64,000 nt of DNA from Candidatus Cloacimonadales bacterium (GCA_963677495.2 CAXXOU010000001.1:832001-896000); one strand, 5' to 3'. Counted from the first letter of the stretch, positions 19,401 through 29,677 are shown. Program-made: numbers and translations. Notes: generated by a model not told the origin, from the sequence alone.

Positions 19401-22400
19401 AATGGGCAGGTACAGTTGCCTGGACACAAGCTTCATATCCGGTTACAACCGGTAATCATACGTTCAAGTGGGCTTATGAGAAAGATGGTAGTGTATCTAA
19501 CAATTCTGACTGTGCTTGGATTGACTCTATTGTTTTCCCTCCATGTCAGATTGTAGTGCCGGAACCAAACATTAGCCTCTCCCCAACATCACTTGATTAT
19601 GGCAATGTAGCTGTTGGTGCTACAGCTGAAGACGTTTTCACTATTTCTAATACAGGAACCTCTACCCTATCCGGTTCTATCGTAACTCCATCAAGTTATT
19701 CAGTACAGGAAGTTACAAGCCGTTCAAAAGAACACCTGATAGCCAAAACTCGTAGAAATACTATCAATTATACAGTCGATGCCGGAGCAACTAAAGACTT
19801 TAGAGTTGTGTTTGCTCCAACTGCATTACTATGTTATAACTTCGATATTACAATAAACTCAAACGATTTAGATACACCTGTAACATTGCTTCCTGTTTCC
19901 GGTTGTGGTTCATCTATTGAAGCAAGTATCAACCCTACTTCAATGTCGGGAAATATGAACATTAATCAGACAGCCACAAGAAACATGACATTATCAAACA
20001 ATGGTAATATAGATATGACATATTCAGTTAGTCTCACTGATCCTGCTCGAACTACAGGCGGACCTGACACATTTGGTTATACATGGTCTGACAGTAATGA
20101 ATCAGGTGGTCCTGTCTTTAATTGGATTACTCCAAGCACTACAAATGAGATTACAAGTTTAGGTGATGATTCAGCCGGTACTGCTACACCAATAGGTTTC
20201 AACTTCCCATTCTACGGAACGGATTACAGTGATGTTTATGTTAACTCAAATGGTGTTATTACGTTTGGTGAAGGTTCAAGTTCATACTCTAACTCAACTT
20301 TACCTAATAGTAGTGCTCCAAACAACCTAATTGCCTGGTTCTGGGATGATATGAATCCCGCTGACAGTGATTTTACAGGACATATTTATTACCAAAATGG
20401 AACAGTGAATAGCACTAATGCATTTATCATCACTTTCCTAGATTATATGGAATATGGTGGTTCAGCAACACCTGGTGATTGCGTACAAGCACAGGTTATA
20501 TTGTTTGAAAACGGAAACATCAAGATTCAATATGACTATGTTGGTACTTCAATTGATTTGACCTCAGAGTCCATTGGTATTGAGAATGCTGATGGTACAG
20601 ACGGTTTACAAGTTGCTTACAACTCTGATGGTGTAACAATTACAGATGGTTATGCTGTTGAATTCAATATTGCAAGCTCAACTACTGAATGGATTACAAT
20701 TGCACCTCTTAGTGGTACTGTTTCAGGCGGTTCATCAGAAACATTGGTTGTTAACCTTGATACTACAGACCTGGAAGCCGGTGTATATGAAAAGAATATT
20801 GAGATTGCTACAAACGACCCGGATAATCCTGTTCTAACAGTTCCGGTTAGTATTAATGTTGGCATGTCTTCCGATCCGGGATTCTCAGTAGATGTTAACA
20901 ATCTGGACTTTGGTGATGTAATGGTAGGAAATACAGGTACAGAGGTAATAACTATCACTAATACAGGTGGTGCTACTCTTACCGGTGCAATCACTACCCC
21001 TTATGCTTACACAGTCAGTGTTCATAGCAGAGATAATGGAATACTTAGTAGTAAAGAAAAGGAAAGTATATTCCAAGCTTCAAAAACAATGAATCTTAGG
21101 AATAGCCTAAACTACTCAATAAATGCAGGACAGTCTCAATCATTTGATATTGATTTCACTCCTGTAAATCCAATTGTATATAATGGTAATATCACAATAT
21201 CATCTAATGATACTGACAATACATCAACTTATATACCTGTAACTGGTACAGGTGTTGTTGCTGACATTGATGTAACTCCTACTTCTGTTTCTGTTGAAAC
21301 ATCAGTTGAAACAACATTAGATAGAACTGTGCAGATATCCAATACAGGAAACTATGACCTAAATTATAGCGTAAGCTTAGAAGACCCAAGTCGTGGTTCA
21401 GGTGGACCTGATACTTACGGTTATTCATGGATTGACAGTAATGAAGCAGGTGGACCTTCATATAACTGGATCGATATTGCTTCAACAGGAACTGCTCTCA
21501 CATTAGGAGACGATGATTCAGAAGAGGTGACATTACCATTTACATTCAACTTCTATGGTAACGATTATAGTTCAATCTTTGTTGGTTCAAATGGTTTACT
21601 CAATTTTGGTTCAGGTTCTACAGTCTACTCTGATGTAGATATACCTAATACTAATGCTCCAAATAACATGATCTGCCCATTATGGGATGATTTGAAACCA
21701 ACCGGAGCTGAATGGGGTAATGTATATACTCAAGAGGTGAACGGTGAATTTGTAGTGCAATATGAAGCTGTATCACATTATAATGGTTCTACTGTTACTG
21801 ATCCTGTAACCTTTGAAGTTATTTTTAACTCAAATGGTTCTATTAAGTTCCAGTATGAATCTGTTGGAACAGAGACTGACCACCATATCGGAATAGAGAA
21901 TAGTGACGGTACTGATGGTCTACAGGTTGCATCAAGTGGATATGCTCAAGATGGTTTAGCTGTGCTTATCCAAAGTACAGTGTCAAACCCATGGATTAGC
22001 TGTTCCTCTACAGGTGGAACTCTTACCGGTGGTGCTTCTACAAATATAACTCTTACATTTGATTCTAATGGCTTAAGTCATGGAACATATAACAAGAACT
22101 TAGTTATTACAAGTAATGACCCTGATGAAGGTTCAATCGTTGTGCCTTGTACTTTAATTTATTCAACTTCTGCTGTACCAACTATCTCAATCAGTGAAAC
22201 TTCATTTGATTTCGGTGCTGTAGCAGTGGGTAGTAGTGCAAATGAAACAATCACAATAACCAACACAGGCGGAGGAACTTTAACAGGTTCAATCACCACT
22301 CCTTCAGGTTATAATGCTGCAATTGTTAGTAAACTAAGTCTTAGAAACTCATTAAACTTCAATCTCACAACCGGTGCCAGTGTGATGTATGATATTACAT

Positions 22401-23896
22401 TCACTCCAACAACTCAAAGCACTTATAATGGTAATATTGTTGTTACAAGTAATGACAGCTCTGCCCCATCTATTAATGTAGCTGTGACAGGTTCAGGTTA
22501 CTTGCCTGCTGATATAGATGTTAATCCCACAAGCTTCAGTTTCACTGCTGCACCTGATGTAACAGATTCTCAGACCCTTACAATTTCTAACATGGGTGGT
22601 CAGGACTTAACATACACAGTTGCACCGGAAGCAAGCTCTGGTGAACTTCTAAACGAATCATTCGATTCCGGTTTACCAACAAGCTGGACTGTTGATAATG
22701 GTGGCGATGCAAGCCACACTTGGAACAACATAACAGATTATAGTGGTGACTCGATAGATACTACAAACTTCATGTTCATCGATAGTGATGATGCTGGTTC
22801 AGGAGTAGCTTTTGATGATGCATTAGTTTCACCTGTTGTACCTTGTGCATCAGCTCAAAATCTTCTCCTTGAATTCGACCAATACTTCAGATTCTACAGT
22901 TCAGGTGGCGATGAAAAAGCAGATGTTGATGTCTGGGATGGCTCAGCTTGGCAAAACGTCCTTACTATGACTTCACAAACACATGGAAGTTGGACAGCTC
23001 CTGATCATCAGAATATTGATATTACAGCTTACGCAAACGCTGGTCTTCAGGTTAGATTCAGATACTATGATGCTGATTACGACTGGTTCTGGGCTGTTGA
23101 TAATGTTACTATTACAGCAACCGGTGGTTCATCAAGCTGGTTAACTGTTGATGCAAGTTCTTCTGTTTCAGGTACTGTTTTAGCAAATGGAAACGATCAG
23201 ATAGCTGTTCAGGTTAATACAGCTGGTTTAACTGAAGGAGATTACAGTAAAGATATTATTATCACAAGTAACGATCCTGATGAAAACACAATCACTGTTC
23301 CGGTGACTCTCACAGTAACAGGAGCACAGAATGACCCAAGCTGGGACGAGCAAGTTGTTGTATATCCAAACAACACTGCAACTATCTATTGCGAAGTAAA
23401 CATTGATGGTATTCCTGCTTCCACAGGCGATGAAATAGGTGCATTCGTGAATGGTGAGTGCAGAGGTTATGGTGAAATAACTCTTATTACCAGAGATAAT
23501 GCTTATGCAACTCTTCTCATTCAGGCATCAGGTCCAAGTGAGGTTGTTAACTTCCAAATCTACGATGCTTCAAATGATGAAGTTTATGATGTAGAGGATA
23601 CATGTGAGATTACACCTGGTGTTGTTATTGGTGATGCTGTAGAACCTGAAGTTCTTAATGCAGTTACTACTATCCCTTCACCACAAGATCTAGCAATCTC
23701 AATTAATGGTGACCAATTGACTCTTAGCTGGACTGCTATACCATCTGCTACCGGATACAATGTGTATGTATCTGATACAAATGATTTCACCGGTATCACA
23801 GCAATCCCTGTTGCTACTAATAGCTGGACAGGTTCATCAACAGACAGATATAAATTCTTTATGGTGACCGCTGTGAAAGGACAAGCAACAAGATAA
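16412..23896 (+). CDS. Gingipain-like C25 cysteine peptidase polyprotein with many Ig-like and adhesin-like domains
   Basis: Signal peptide, C25 propeptide (GEPGLP), LIVGD, GTDLYY, catalytic-type NYTAHGS and GNCC, FGDP; repeated Ig-like and GGPDT[FY]GY domains; FN3-like end. Confidence 0.88.
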   Translation: MQKVGIICILLLCLSAMLTADTIAINSNSDDLALINSSATEIQFKYGFNGIDITNLSNDDRNFNQLIIPESIIDGKIGEPGLPVRKKLIEIPWGADYSIKITNYKTRRISLENRNKIYPVQPSIAKNVDIADVPFEMNESLYRTDAFTSSELVSLQEVGVMRGIRVARLVINPVQYNPVMNMIEVKYDIEFSIELSGSDMALTEYNKDKAYSPYYEIVYNRVNRTYPDHDYPSNPDMRRYPIKYLIVANRMFENTLQQFIEWKTKKGFEVIVGYTDTIGSSSSAIKSWLQGHYDAGTPSDPAPSFALIVGDVAQVTNYGTGSSSAKGTDLYYYCYDGGSDYVPDMYYGRWSVTSTTELQNIIDKTLYYEQYQFATPSYLDNVTLIAGVDGTWNPRVGQATIQYGMNQYFNSAHGFANVYDYLTSYSGCFDTMDSGVGFINYTAHGSTTSWADPSFSTSDISGMTNSGKPTFAIGNCCVTGQYTEVGTCFAEQFIRSEDKGAYAYIGSAPNTYWFEDFYWSVGAFPISGTNDGYVPSYSETTWGAYDGAFMTDYVTTDATKFLGNLAVTEVHAQNFENHSSDIYYWQAYMTFGDPSVVPYWTQGTTNNYTTNPFIPIGASTFTVNAEAGSYVAISQNGVLHGAALVGSTGTVDVPITAFTGTGTADLVITRPQRQPVITTLPIQPLSGPYVSIESVTVNAGGDDVISNGEIVYLTLQLENVGTSTSTSTYLTVSESDSYITLTDNNQSFGTIASGATANASNCIAFTVSSSCPNDHPIVLNTTITGSGETWESTINLTAYAPEISIESVTVNDGANGNLDPNETANLNVTVTNTGGAIATNFNYTLSTTYGNITINDNQETTSVATGSSSVLTFPITVSSAAQVGDTATFNLAMSGTGYANSENFSLAIGIIAEDFETGDFNSYSWMMGGDGDWTIATSAYEGTYSAQSGSIDHSETSELSIDMDVTSADDITFYYSVSSESGYDYLRFYIDGVEQGEWAGTVAWTQASYPVTTGNHTFKWAYEKDGSVSNNSDCAWIDSIVFPPCQIVVPEPNISLSPTSLDYGNVAVGATAEDVFTISNTGTSTLSGSIVTPSSYSVQEVTSRSKEHLIAKTRRNTINYTVDAGATKDFRVVFAPTALLCYNFDITINSNDLDTPVTLLPVSGCGSSIEASINPTSMSGNMNINQTATRNMTLSNNGNIDMTYSVSLTDPARTTGGPDTFGYTWSDSNESGGPVFNWITPSTTNEITSLGDDSAGTATPIGFNFPFYGTDYSDVYVNSNGVITFGEGSSSYSNSTLPNSSAPNNLIAWFWDDMNPADSDFTGHIYYQNGTVNSTNAFIITFLDYMEYGGSATPGDCVQAQVILFENGNIKIQYDYVGTSIDLTSESIGIENADGTDGLQVAYNSDGVTITDGYAVEFNIASSTTEWITIAPLSGTVSGGSSETLVVNLDTTDLEAGVYEKNIEIATNDPDNPVLTVPVSINVGMSSDPGFSVDVNNLDFGDVMVGNTGTEVITITNTGGATLTGAITTPYAYTVSVHSRDNGILSSKEKESIFQASKTMNLRNSLNYSINAGQSQSFDIDFTPVNPIVYNGNITISSNDTDNTSTYIPVTGTGVVADIDVTPTSVSVETSVETTLDRTVQISNTGNYDLNYSVSLEDPSRGSGGPDTYGYSWIDSNEAGGPSYNWIDIASTGTALTLGDDDSEEVTLPFTFNFYGNDYSSIFVGSNGLLNFGSGSTVYSDVDIPNTNAPNNMICPLWDDLKPTGAEWGNVYTQEVNGEFVVQYEAVSHYNGSTVTDPVTFEVIFNSNGSIKFQYESVGTETDHHIGIENSDGTDGLQVASSGYAQDGLAVLIQSTVSNPWISCSSTGGTLTGGASTNITLTFDSNGLSHGTYNKNLVITSNDPDEGSIVVPCTLIYSTSAVPTISISETSFDFGAVAVGSSANETITITNTGGGTLTGSITTPSGYNAAIVSKLSLRNSLNFNLTTGASVMYDITFTPTTQSTYNGNIVVTSNDSSAPSINVAVTGSGYLPADIDVNPTSFSFTAAPDVTDSQTLTISNMGGQDLTYTVAPEASSGELLNESFDSGLPTSWTVDNGGDASHTWNNITDYSGDSIDTTNFMFIDSDDAGSGVAFDDALVSPVVPCASAQNLLLEFDQYFRFYSSGGDEKADVDVWDGSAWQNVLTMTSQTHGSWTAPDHQNIDITAYANAGLQVRFRYYDADYDWFWAVDNVTITATGGSSSWLTVDASSSVSGTVLANGNDQIAVQVNTAGLTEGDYSKDIIITSNDPDENTITVPVTLTVTGAQNDPSWDEQVVVYPNNTATIYCEVNIDGIPASTGDEIGAFVNGECRGYGEITLITRDNAYATLLIQASGPSEVVNFQIYDASNDEVYDVEDTCEITPGVVIGDAVEPEVLNAVTTIPSPQDLAISINGDQLTLSWTAIPSATGYNVYVSDTNDFTGITAIPVATNSWTGSSTDRYKFFMVTAVKGQATR

Positions 23897-23915
23897 TAAT
23901 CAATAGATAATATAG

Positions 23916-23942
23916 AAGCCTGCCCTAACCGGCAGGCTTTTT
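23916..23942 (+). terminator. Intrinsic terminator
   Basis: AAGCCTGCC-ctaacc-GGCAGGCTT followed by TTT. Confidence 0.85.
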
Positions 23943-24140
23943 AATACTTAGTTTTTTCCCATATACTTCATAACTCTTATCCTAAGAGAACTGCTCTCTC
24001 ACAATTATAATCTATCTTGTATTTCTATCTCATCAGAAGCCAATCCAAATCCGATTCTCTGTAACGGGAAGCTAACGGGCATCTAACGGGAAGTCAATAG
24101 GTGTCTCATTGGAATTAAGGCAGAGCAATTACCCCATCAT

Positions 24141-24276
24141 TGCTCTATCATAATAACCATGACACTGATATCAGATTCCAATGAGTCTCTTGGGCCTCCC
24201 CGGGGCAAAATGATAAGAGAGTGACCAGAATAACTGCTGAAATCGACTCATGAAAATGCTTTATTATGATAGGGCA
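24141..24276 (+). repeat. 136-bp element with terminal inverted repeats, copy 2
   Basis: TGCTCTATCATAATA...TATTATGATAGGGCA. Confidence 0.75.
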
Positions 24277-24299
24277 TAGAGGGACGTTTCCACTTCTAA

Positions 24300-24596
24300 T
24301 TGTACCTTTCGAATGCTCTATTGACCTTCGAAATGGTAGTCTTGGACATTCCCCTCTTGTAGAGGGGTGCCGTTTTAACGGTGGGGTGTTTCTTCCTACG
24401 AAGTGCACCATTTGCAAGGTTTACAACCATTCCAAAGGTACAGATTGCAGATGGTATTTTCATTTTTTTGCTCTCTTACAATAGTTCTTCATTTCTTCCG
24501 AATAGCTTGAGAATCACATGTCCATAACTTGGGCATATCCTCAAGTGATGCTCAAGTGTTCCTCAAGGATTGCTTAGGTTGTTCACAAGATTTGCA
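24300..24596 (+). repeat. Repeat mosaic: REP-like doublets, CCCCTCT/AGAGGGG hairpin, conserved block, 11-bp tandem units
   Basis: Inverted homolog of 15652-15930; its 3' part also matches 57577-57683. Confidence 0.85.
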
Positions 24597-24687
24597 ATAG
24601 GACAAATACACTGAATAAGAGATGATTTCTTAGTTGCAATTAACATCATACCTATTTTATATACGATGCATAAAGATAAAAAAAGAT

Positions 24688-24716
24688 TTGACAACTTAAT
24701 TCTGTTATTGTAAATT
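24688..24716 (+). promoter_or_regulatory. Sigma70-like promoter
   Basis: TTGACA-17bp-TAAATT about 200 bp upstream of 24920. Confidence 0.5.
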
Positions 24717-24919
24717 CTACCATGTTATTAATGATTCGATAAATATTGCTTATCCTGTTTAGAAATAGGCAATATTTATTGGGTAAAAGTGTTCATATTA
24801 ACCTTGTAGGTGGTTTTAATGAAACGCGTATCTATTGTAGCTTCTTTGGGAATAACAAACCTCCTTACAGGGCATCTGGGAAAAAATGCCTTTGGCATAA
24901 ATAAAAGTAGGAGGATATT

Positions 24920-25471
24920 ATGAAAATGCAAGTCACAAAAACAAGCATTGTTTTATTCATGCTTACAATCGTTATATCCCTATCAAGTATTGGGATAAGT
25001 CAAAGTGATGTAAACCTTACAGGTCTTCAATTGTTTAATAATGACCGGATAAGGAATACTATTGCTGTGCGTAAAGAACAGGGTGTCTGGAACATGTGGT
25101 CAACTTCTTTTGGTTTAGAACGAGAGGACATCACACCAACAAATGCTAAATCGGGAGAATACATCAAGTTTTGTTTAGATGTTAATGATGAACCTTTTCC
25201 GTCTGTAACGTTAATTGATCATTGTAGTTTCCCTATGAATTCAGCATTTGAAAGTGCTAATAACTTGGTGAACTCTGTTTCAGCATATACTACTGCTGAT
25301 TCATTAGCAATATTTTCTGATACAAGCTATTCTCAATTTGAAAAAAACGGTAGGTATTGGGGAGCTAGTGGTTGCTGGGCTAGTCCGGTTCTGGATAGTA
25401 CAAACGATTATGTTTATATAATCAACAAAAGTGGTATGCTTATGCAATTCGATAGTACAGCTGGTACATGA
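24920..25471 (+). CDS. Signal-peptide-bearing N-terminal part of a probably frameshifted secreted protein
   Basis: Strong AGGAGG RBS, signal peptide, ends within a PQQ-like propeller repeat, ATGA overlap with the next ORF. Confidence 0.65.
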   Translation: MKMQVTKTSIVLFMLTIVISLSSIGISQSDVNLTGLQLFNNDRIRNTIAVRKEQGVWNMWSTSFGLEREDITPTNAKSGEYIKFCLDVNDEPFPSVTLIDHCSFPMNSAFESANNLVNSVSAYTTADSLAIFSDTSYSQFEKNGRYWGASGCWASPVLDSTNDYVYIINKSGMLMQFDSTAGT

Positions 25472-28400
25472 ATAATATTGTTCAATTCTGTTATGACTTA
25501 AGACAAAGAGAAACTTTTTCTGACGGTGATTTGTATAAGTTTGAGTATATCGCAACGCCTGTAGTTGTGAATGACATTTTGTATGTACTTGGTATTAAAG
25601 GTATGTTCAGATTCTCATTATCCCCTACAATGTCATTCATTGATTACGCTCCATTCAATCTAAACGCAACTGATTTTCTCATGAATAGTCCGACTCTTAA
25701 TGAGAATGACACTAAGATGTACATTGTTTCTAAAGAGGGTAAGGCCATCGAATACAGCTTAACCGGATCTTTTACCGGGATAGGACATATAACCGGAGGG
25801 TGTTCAGCATCAGCAGTTTGTGATAATGATGGTTTAGTTTATTTTGCAGGAGAAACAGGTTCTATTCATTATTATGACCCTTATAATCAATCTGAATTTA
25901 TTGAAATATTTGACTCAGTTGATGATGCTTCATTTACTTCAAGTCTGCTCAATGATTTGAGTCATAACATATATGCATTTGCTGATAATGGTAAAGTATT
26001 CTGTGTAAATGACTGGTACAGTCCTGATAGTTTAAATGCTGAGATAGAGATTAATCATTCACTGTATAGATCATTAGATTCCGAGGATGACATATACAAA
26101 TCATTTAATAATAATGGTAACGTTTATAATGCACAAGATGATACAACAAGTGTATGTGTATTAGCCGGTGATAATGACAATGTATTGGATATTTCAGATG
26201 CTTACCAACAGTTTACAGGTCTATCATCAAGTGGTCTTAAAATGTTTTTCCTATATTATAACACTGAATCGAATAGATTATCAAGTGTACAAGAGGTAGT
26301 AAACTATGATGGGATAAGCACATATACTTGGGGTGGTTTAAACTCCTATCTTGAAGATATTGCAAATGGTGCGTCTAAAGATCCTCAGAATATCTTACGT
26401 GATAATGTATTTGGTTGTGAAAAAGGGTATGTGTGGACTAGTGCAACAGGAATTGATAGTTATGTAGAAGGTATAAACGTACCTAACCCTGATGAAGAGA
26501 ACGATGCCTTATCTCCTGAATGTTTAGCGAAGATGCATGAAAGTACGTGTCATGAATATGATTATGAGATTGCTGATGTTAGCATAAACGTAACCTCACA
26601 AGACTGGAATGTTAGCCAAATATTCCTTAACTATTATCCTGCATCTACAACTGGATATCTGTCTGATGTATTCTCGAATCCGCATAATTATATAAGTATT
26701 GAGTTTACGGATAGAAGTCCAATAACTCTTGGAGGTTATGAGATTGAAGAAGGATTACTAAATCAAATTAATATTGATTTGAGTGGAAGTTTACTTGTAG
26801 ATAGTGATGTAACAATTTCAGCTGATGCGTTCTATTCTGATATCATAATTACTGATACCGGTTCTTTAACCATTCTTCCCAGAGTCTCACTATATTGTGA
26901 TGATGCAGTTTTATATAATGGAGGAGAATTGATTTCATTAGGAAGATTTGACTGTATCAATCTTGATTGTGAATATGGTTCCTGTAGTTCGTCTTCGGAG
27001 ACTAGGAACTATGACAATGCGTACGTAAATGCTTTTGGATCATTCAATATTCAAAACTACTCAATTAATGTAGATGCACAACTTAGAGATGCTGATAACA
27101 TCATTTCCTATGAACGTAACTCTGATTTGAATGGGAACCTCAATTATTATGGTGATAGTATAACTATCGGACAATTCACCAACAATGCTATAAGCATGAT
27201 TGAAGGTATGGGAAACATAGATATTGCAAACATTGATAATCTTAGTGATATGTCATTCGCTGTTTATGGTAGGATTCTTGGAAGCTCCTTCGAATCTAAT
27301 GGAGCGACTACTAGTATTACAAGTGTTTTTCGGCATACAACAAACACTAACTTTACTTTTGGCACTATGGATTTCATAGATTCTTCTATTTTGGAGATTG
27401 ATAGGAGCTTAGCCTCTTGTGAAGCTTTATTTAATGGAGGAGTATTAAGCCTTGATTCTAGTGATTTTATTATCGAAGAACCGGAAAAAGTTTCCTTTGT
27501 TAATGGCTGTCAGGTGATTTGTAATAACACTTCAGAACTTAAAGTACTGGGTCATGAAAATGTTGAAGATTATAGTGATTTGGAAAATGAAGATATTGGT
27601 TATACTCATCTGTCATTAACAAACAGTAGTATTACATTAAGTGGTGCTACTTGCAGATTTGAACTTAGATCAGCTACACTTTCTCTTAACAGTTCATCAA
27701 TAAACGTTTATTACAGTGCACAATTAGAAACTGATAATCCGGACCTGGATGATAATAATATGTTTCCTGAAATTGTGTTAGATAATGGTTCCGAAATATT
27801 TGTTAAAGGAGGAGTGCAATTAGCCAGTGAGTTCTATATTGACTGGGGAACTAAAATATATGGTAACTGTTTAACTGATGCAACAACAACCGGAGATATC
27901 ATTAAGAGTGCAAGCGGAGGGATTATTACTACTGGAGATTATGATGATTATCAGTTTGATACAGGAAACTTACAGATTTTGCCAGAACTTCCTAAAGTAG
28001 TTATTTCAGTGCAAGATACACTTAAAACATGGGATGGAATATCAGTATCTAAACTCAATGATTCGATTGATGCTTATAACCTTCTTCATTGCGATATTGG
28101 ATATATAAAAGGTCTAATATATGATGGCTCTACTTTTGATGAAAGCAAGGTAGAATTATGGCAGACTGATTTTCATCATGGTGGATATGCAATATTCAAT
28201 GGTACCGAAATATCCATAGATGATTGCAAGTTCAATCATAATAACTCTACCCCAATCCAAGCATATGAGTCTATTGTCTATATTAAGGATAGTGAAGTTA
28301 ATAATAATCAGGGTTCTGGTTTACAGTTAAGCTTATGCTCAAATGTTGCTAGTGGCTCGACACTTGATAATGTAGAAGTTAAATCCAATAAAGCTGACGG

Positions 28401-29586
28401 TATCGTTTTTAAAAAGCACTTACTATCATTCAATGGATGTGATATCAAGTATAATGGAGCTAATGGTATATCATCATTCAGAGCTGAAACAGATAGTCCC
28501 ATCGAAGATTGCTATTTGGATGAAAATGATTTAGCTGAGATGTATGGCTCAAGGCATACTTACAGGATTGAAACAGGTGGAAACAATTTTGATGATTTAT
28601 TGCCAGAGGGTGGAAATGATGCTTATTTCCTAATGTTAACAGACTGGGAGCAAGGCAGAGATCCTGTTCCAATTTATGGAAATGACTTTAACAATGTTGC
28701 AACTAGTTCTTGGGTTGATACTTTGTTAATAGCAAAGCTATCTCCTTCAAATGCTAGTGCTTGGGAGCTAGATCCACCTGTTAAGTCTAGTAGTCCTTTC
28801 AATACAGCACTTAACTACTTTAATCAAGGTGATTACAGTACAGCAGGACTACTCTTTAAACAGATAATCCAAAACTCAATAGAGTCTGATGATGCAATTA
28901 AAGCTTTGCAGTATCTTTTGCCTGTAGAAGTTGTAACAAATCAAAACTACAGTGGATTATATAGCTTCTTAGATGGACTTATTGCTCCGCAAAACACAGA
29001 TATTGAGCAATCGATAGTTGACAGTAAAATCAGTGTACTAATCAGGGATGAACAGTATGTAAACGCTATAAGTCAGCTTCAAGATATCATTGATAATACT
29101 ACATCTGTTATAGATAGCATTAATGCATCTATTGAACAAGCTTATTGCTACATGAAACTCGTTGAAGACGAGTCTAAAGAGTTACCAAAGGATTGCTCTA
29201 TGCAACCTCAATCAATCAATGAGTTTGTACAGATGACTGATGATTTATACTGGAGTCTTCCATATTTAGCAAAACAAGATTCTTATGATGAGGATAATCC
29301 GGATATTCCACAAATCACAGATGTAAGAAACTATCCTAACCCATTCAATCCAACTACTAACATTTGCTTTAGCTTAAAGAAACCGGGAAAGGTTAAAGTG
29401 AAAATCTACGATGTTAGAGGAAGACTAATCAAGACCCTTTGCAATGAGATTCTTTTAGCCGGATTAAATACCATTGTATGGGATGGTAAGGATAAAAATG
29501 AGCGTAATGCATCAACAGGTATATATTTCTATCGTATTTCATCAAAATCAGATGAAGTAGCCGGAAAGATGCTGTTGCTTAAATAA
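25468..29586 (+). CDS. Large secreted-type protein: propeller-like repeats, beta-helix, TPR-like region, FlgD/T9SS-like CTD
   Basis: C-terminal NYPNPFNPTTNI...WDGKD...GIYFY...KMLLLK; no signal peptide of its own. Confidence 0.75.
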   Translation: MNNIVQFCYDLRQRETFSDGDLYKFEYIATPVVVNDILYVLGIKGMFRFSLSPTMSFIDYAPFNLNATDFLMNSPTLNENDTKMYIVSKEGKAIEYSLTGSFTGIGHITGGCSASAVCDNDGLVYFAGETGSIHYYDPYNQSEFIEIFDSVDDASFTSSLLNDLSHNIYAFADNGKVFCVNDWYSPDSLNAEIEINHSLYRSLDSEDDIYKSFNNNGNVYNAQDDTTSVCVLAGDNDNVLDISDAYQQFTGLSSSGLKMFFLYYNTESNRLSSVQEVVNYDGISTYTWGGLNSYLEDIANGASKDPQNILRDNVFGCEKGYVWTSATGIDSYVEGINVPNPDEENDALSPECLAKMHESTCHEYDYEIADVSINVTSQDWNVSQIFLNYYPASTTGYLSDVFSNPHNYISIEFTDRSPITLGGYEIEEGLLNQINIDLSGSLLVDSDVTISADAFYSDIIITDTGSLTILPRVSLYCDDAVLYNGGELISLGRFDCINLDCEYGSCSSSSETRNYDNAYVNAFGSFNIQNYSINVDAQLRDADNIISYERNSDLNGNLNYYGDSITIGQFTNNAISMIEGMGNIDIANIDNLSDMSFAVYGRILGSSFESNGATTSITSVFRHTTNTNFTFGTMDFIDSSILEIDRSLASCEALFNGGVLSLDSSDFIIEEPEKVSFVNGCQVICNNTSELKVLGHENVEDYSDLENEDIGYTHLSLTNSSITLSGATCRFELRSATLSLNSSSINVYYSAQLETDNPDLDDNNMFPEIVLDNGSEIFVKGGVQLASEFYIDWGTKIYGNCLTDATTTGDIIKSASGGIITTGDYDDYQFDTGNLQILPELPKVVISVQDTLKTWDGISVSKLNDSIDAYNLLHCDIGYIKGLIYDGSTFDESKVELWQTDFHHGGYAIFNGTEISIDDCKFNHNNSTPIQAYESIVYIKDSEVNNNQGSGLQLSLCSNVASGSTLDNVEVKSNKADGIVFKKHLLSFNGCDIKYNGANGISSFRAETDSPIEDCYLDENDLAEMYGSRHTYRIETGGNNFDDLLPEGGNDAYFLMLTDWEQGRDPVPIYGNDFNNVATSSWVDTLLIAKLSPSNASAWELDPPVKSSSPFNTALNYFNQGDYSTAGLLFKQIIQNSIESDDAIKALQYLLPVEVVTNQNYSGLYSFLDGLIAPQNTDIEQSIVDSKISVLIRDEQYVNAISQLQDIIDNTTSVIDSINASIEQAYCYMKLVEDESKELPKDCSMQPQSINEFVQMTDDLYWSLPYLAKQDSYDEDNPDIPQITDVRNYPNPFNPTTNICFSLKKPGKVKVKIYDVRGRLIKTLCNEILLAGLNTIVWDGKDKNERNASTGIYFYRISSKSDEVAGKMLLLK

Positions 29587-29593
29587 ACTAATT

Positions 29594-29630
29594 GCAAGAG
29601 TCAGGATAATACTGGCTCTTGCTTCTTTTC
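29594..29630 (+). terminator. Intrinsic terminator
   Basis: GCAAGAGTCAG-(7)-CTGGCTCTTGC followed by TTCTTTT. Confidence 0.75.
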
Positions 29631-29677
29631 TTATTGACCTTAATTTCGATATATTTTAGATTTGATTAGGAGTTATC

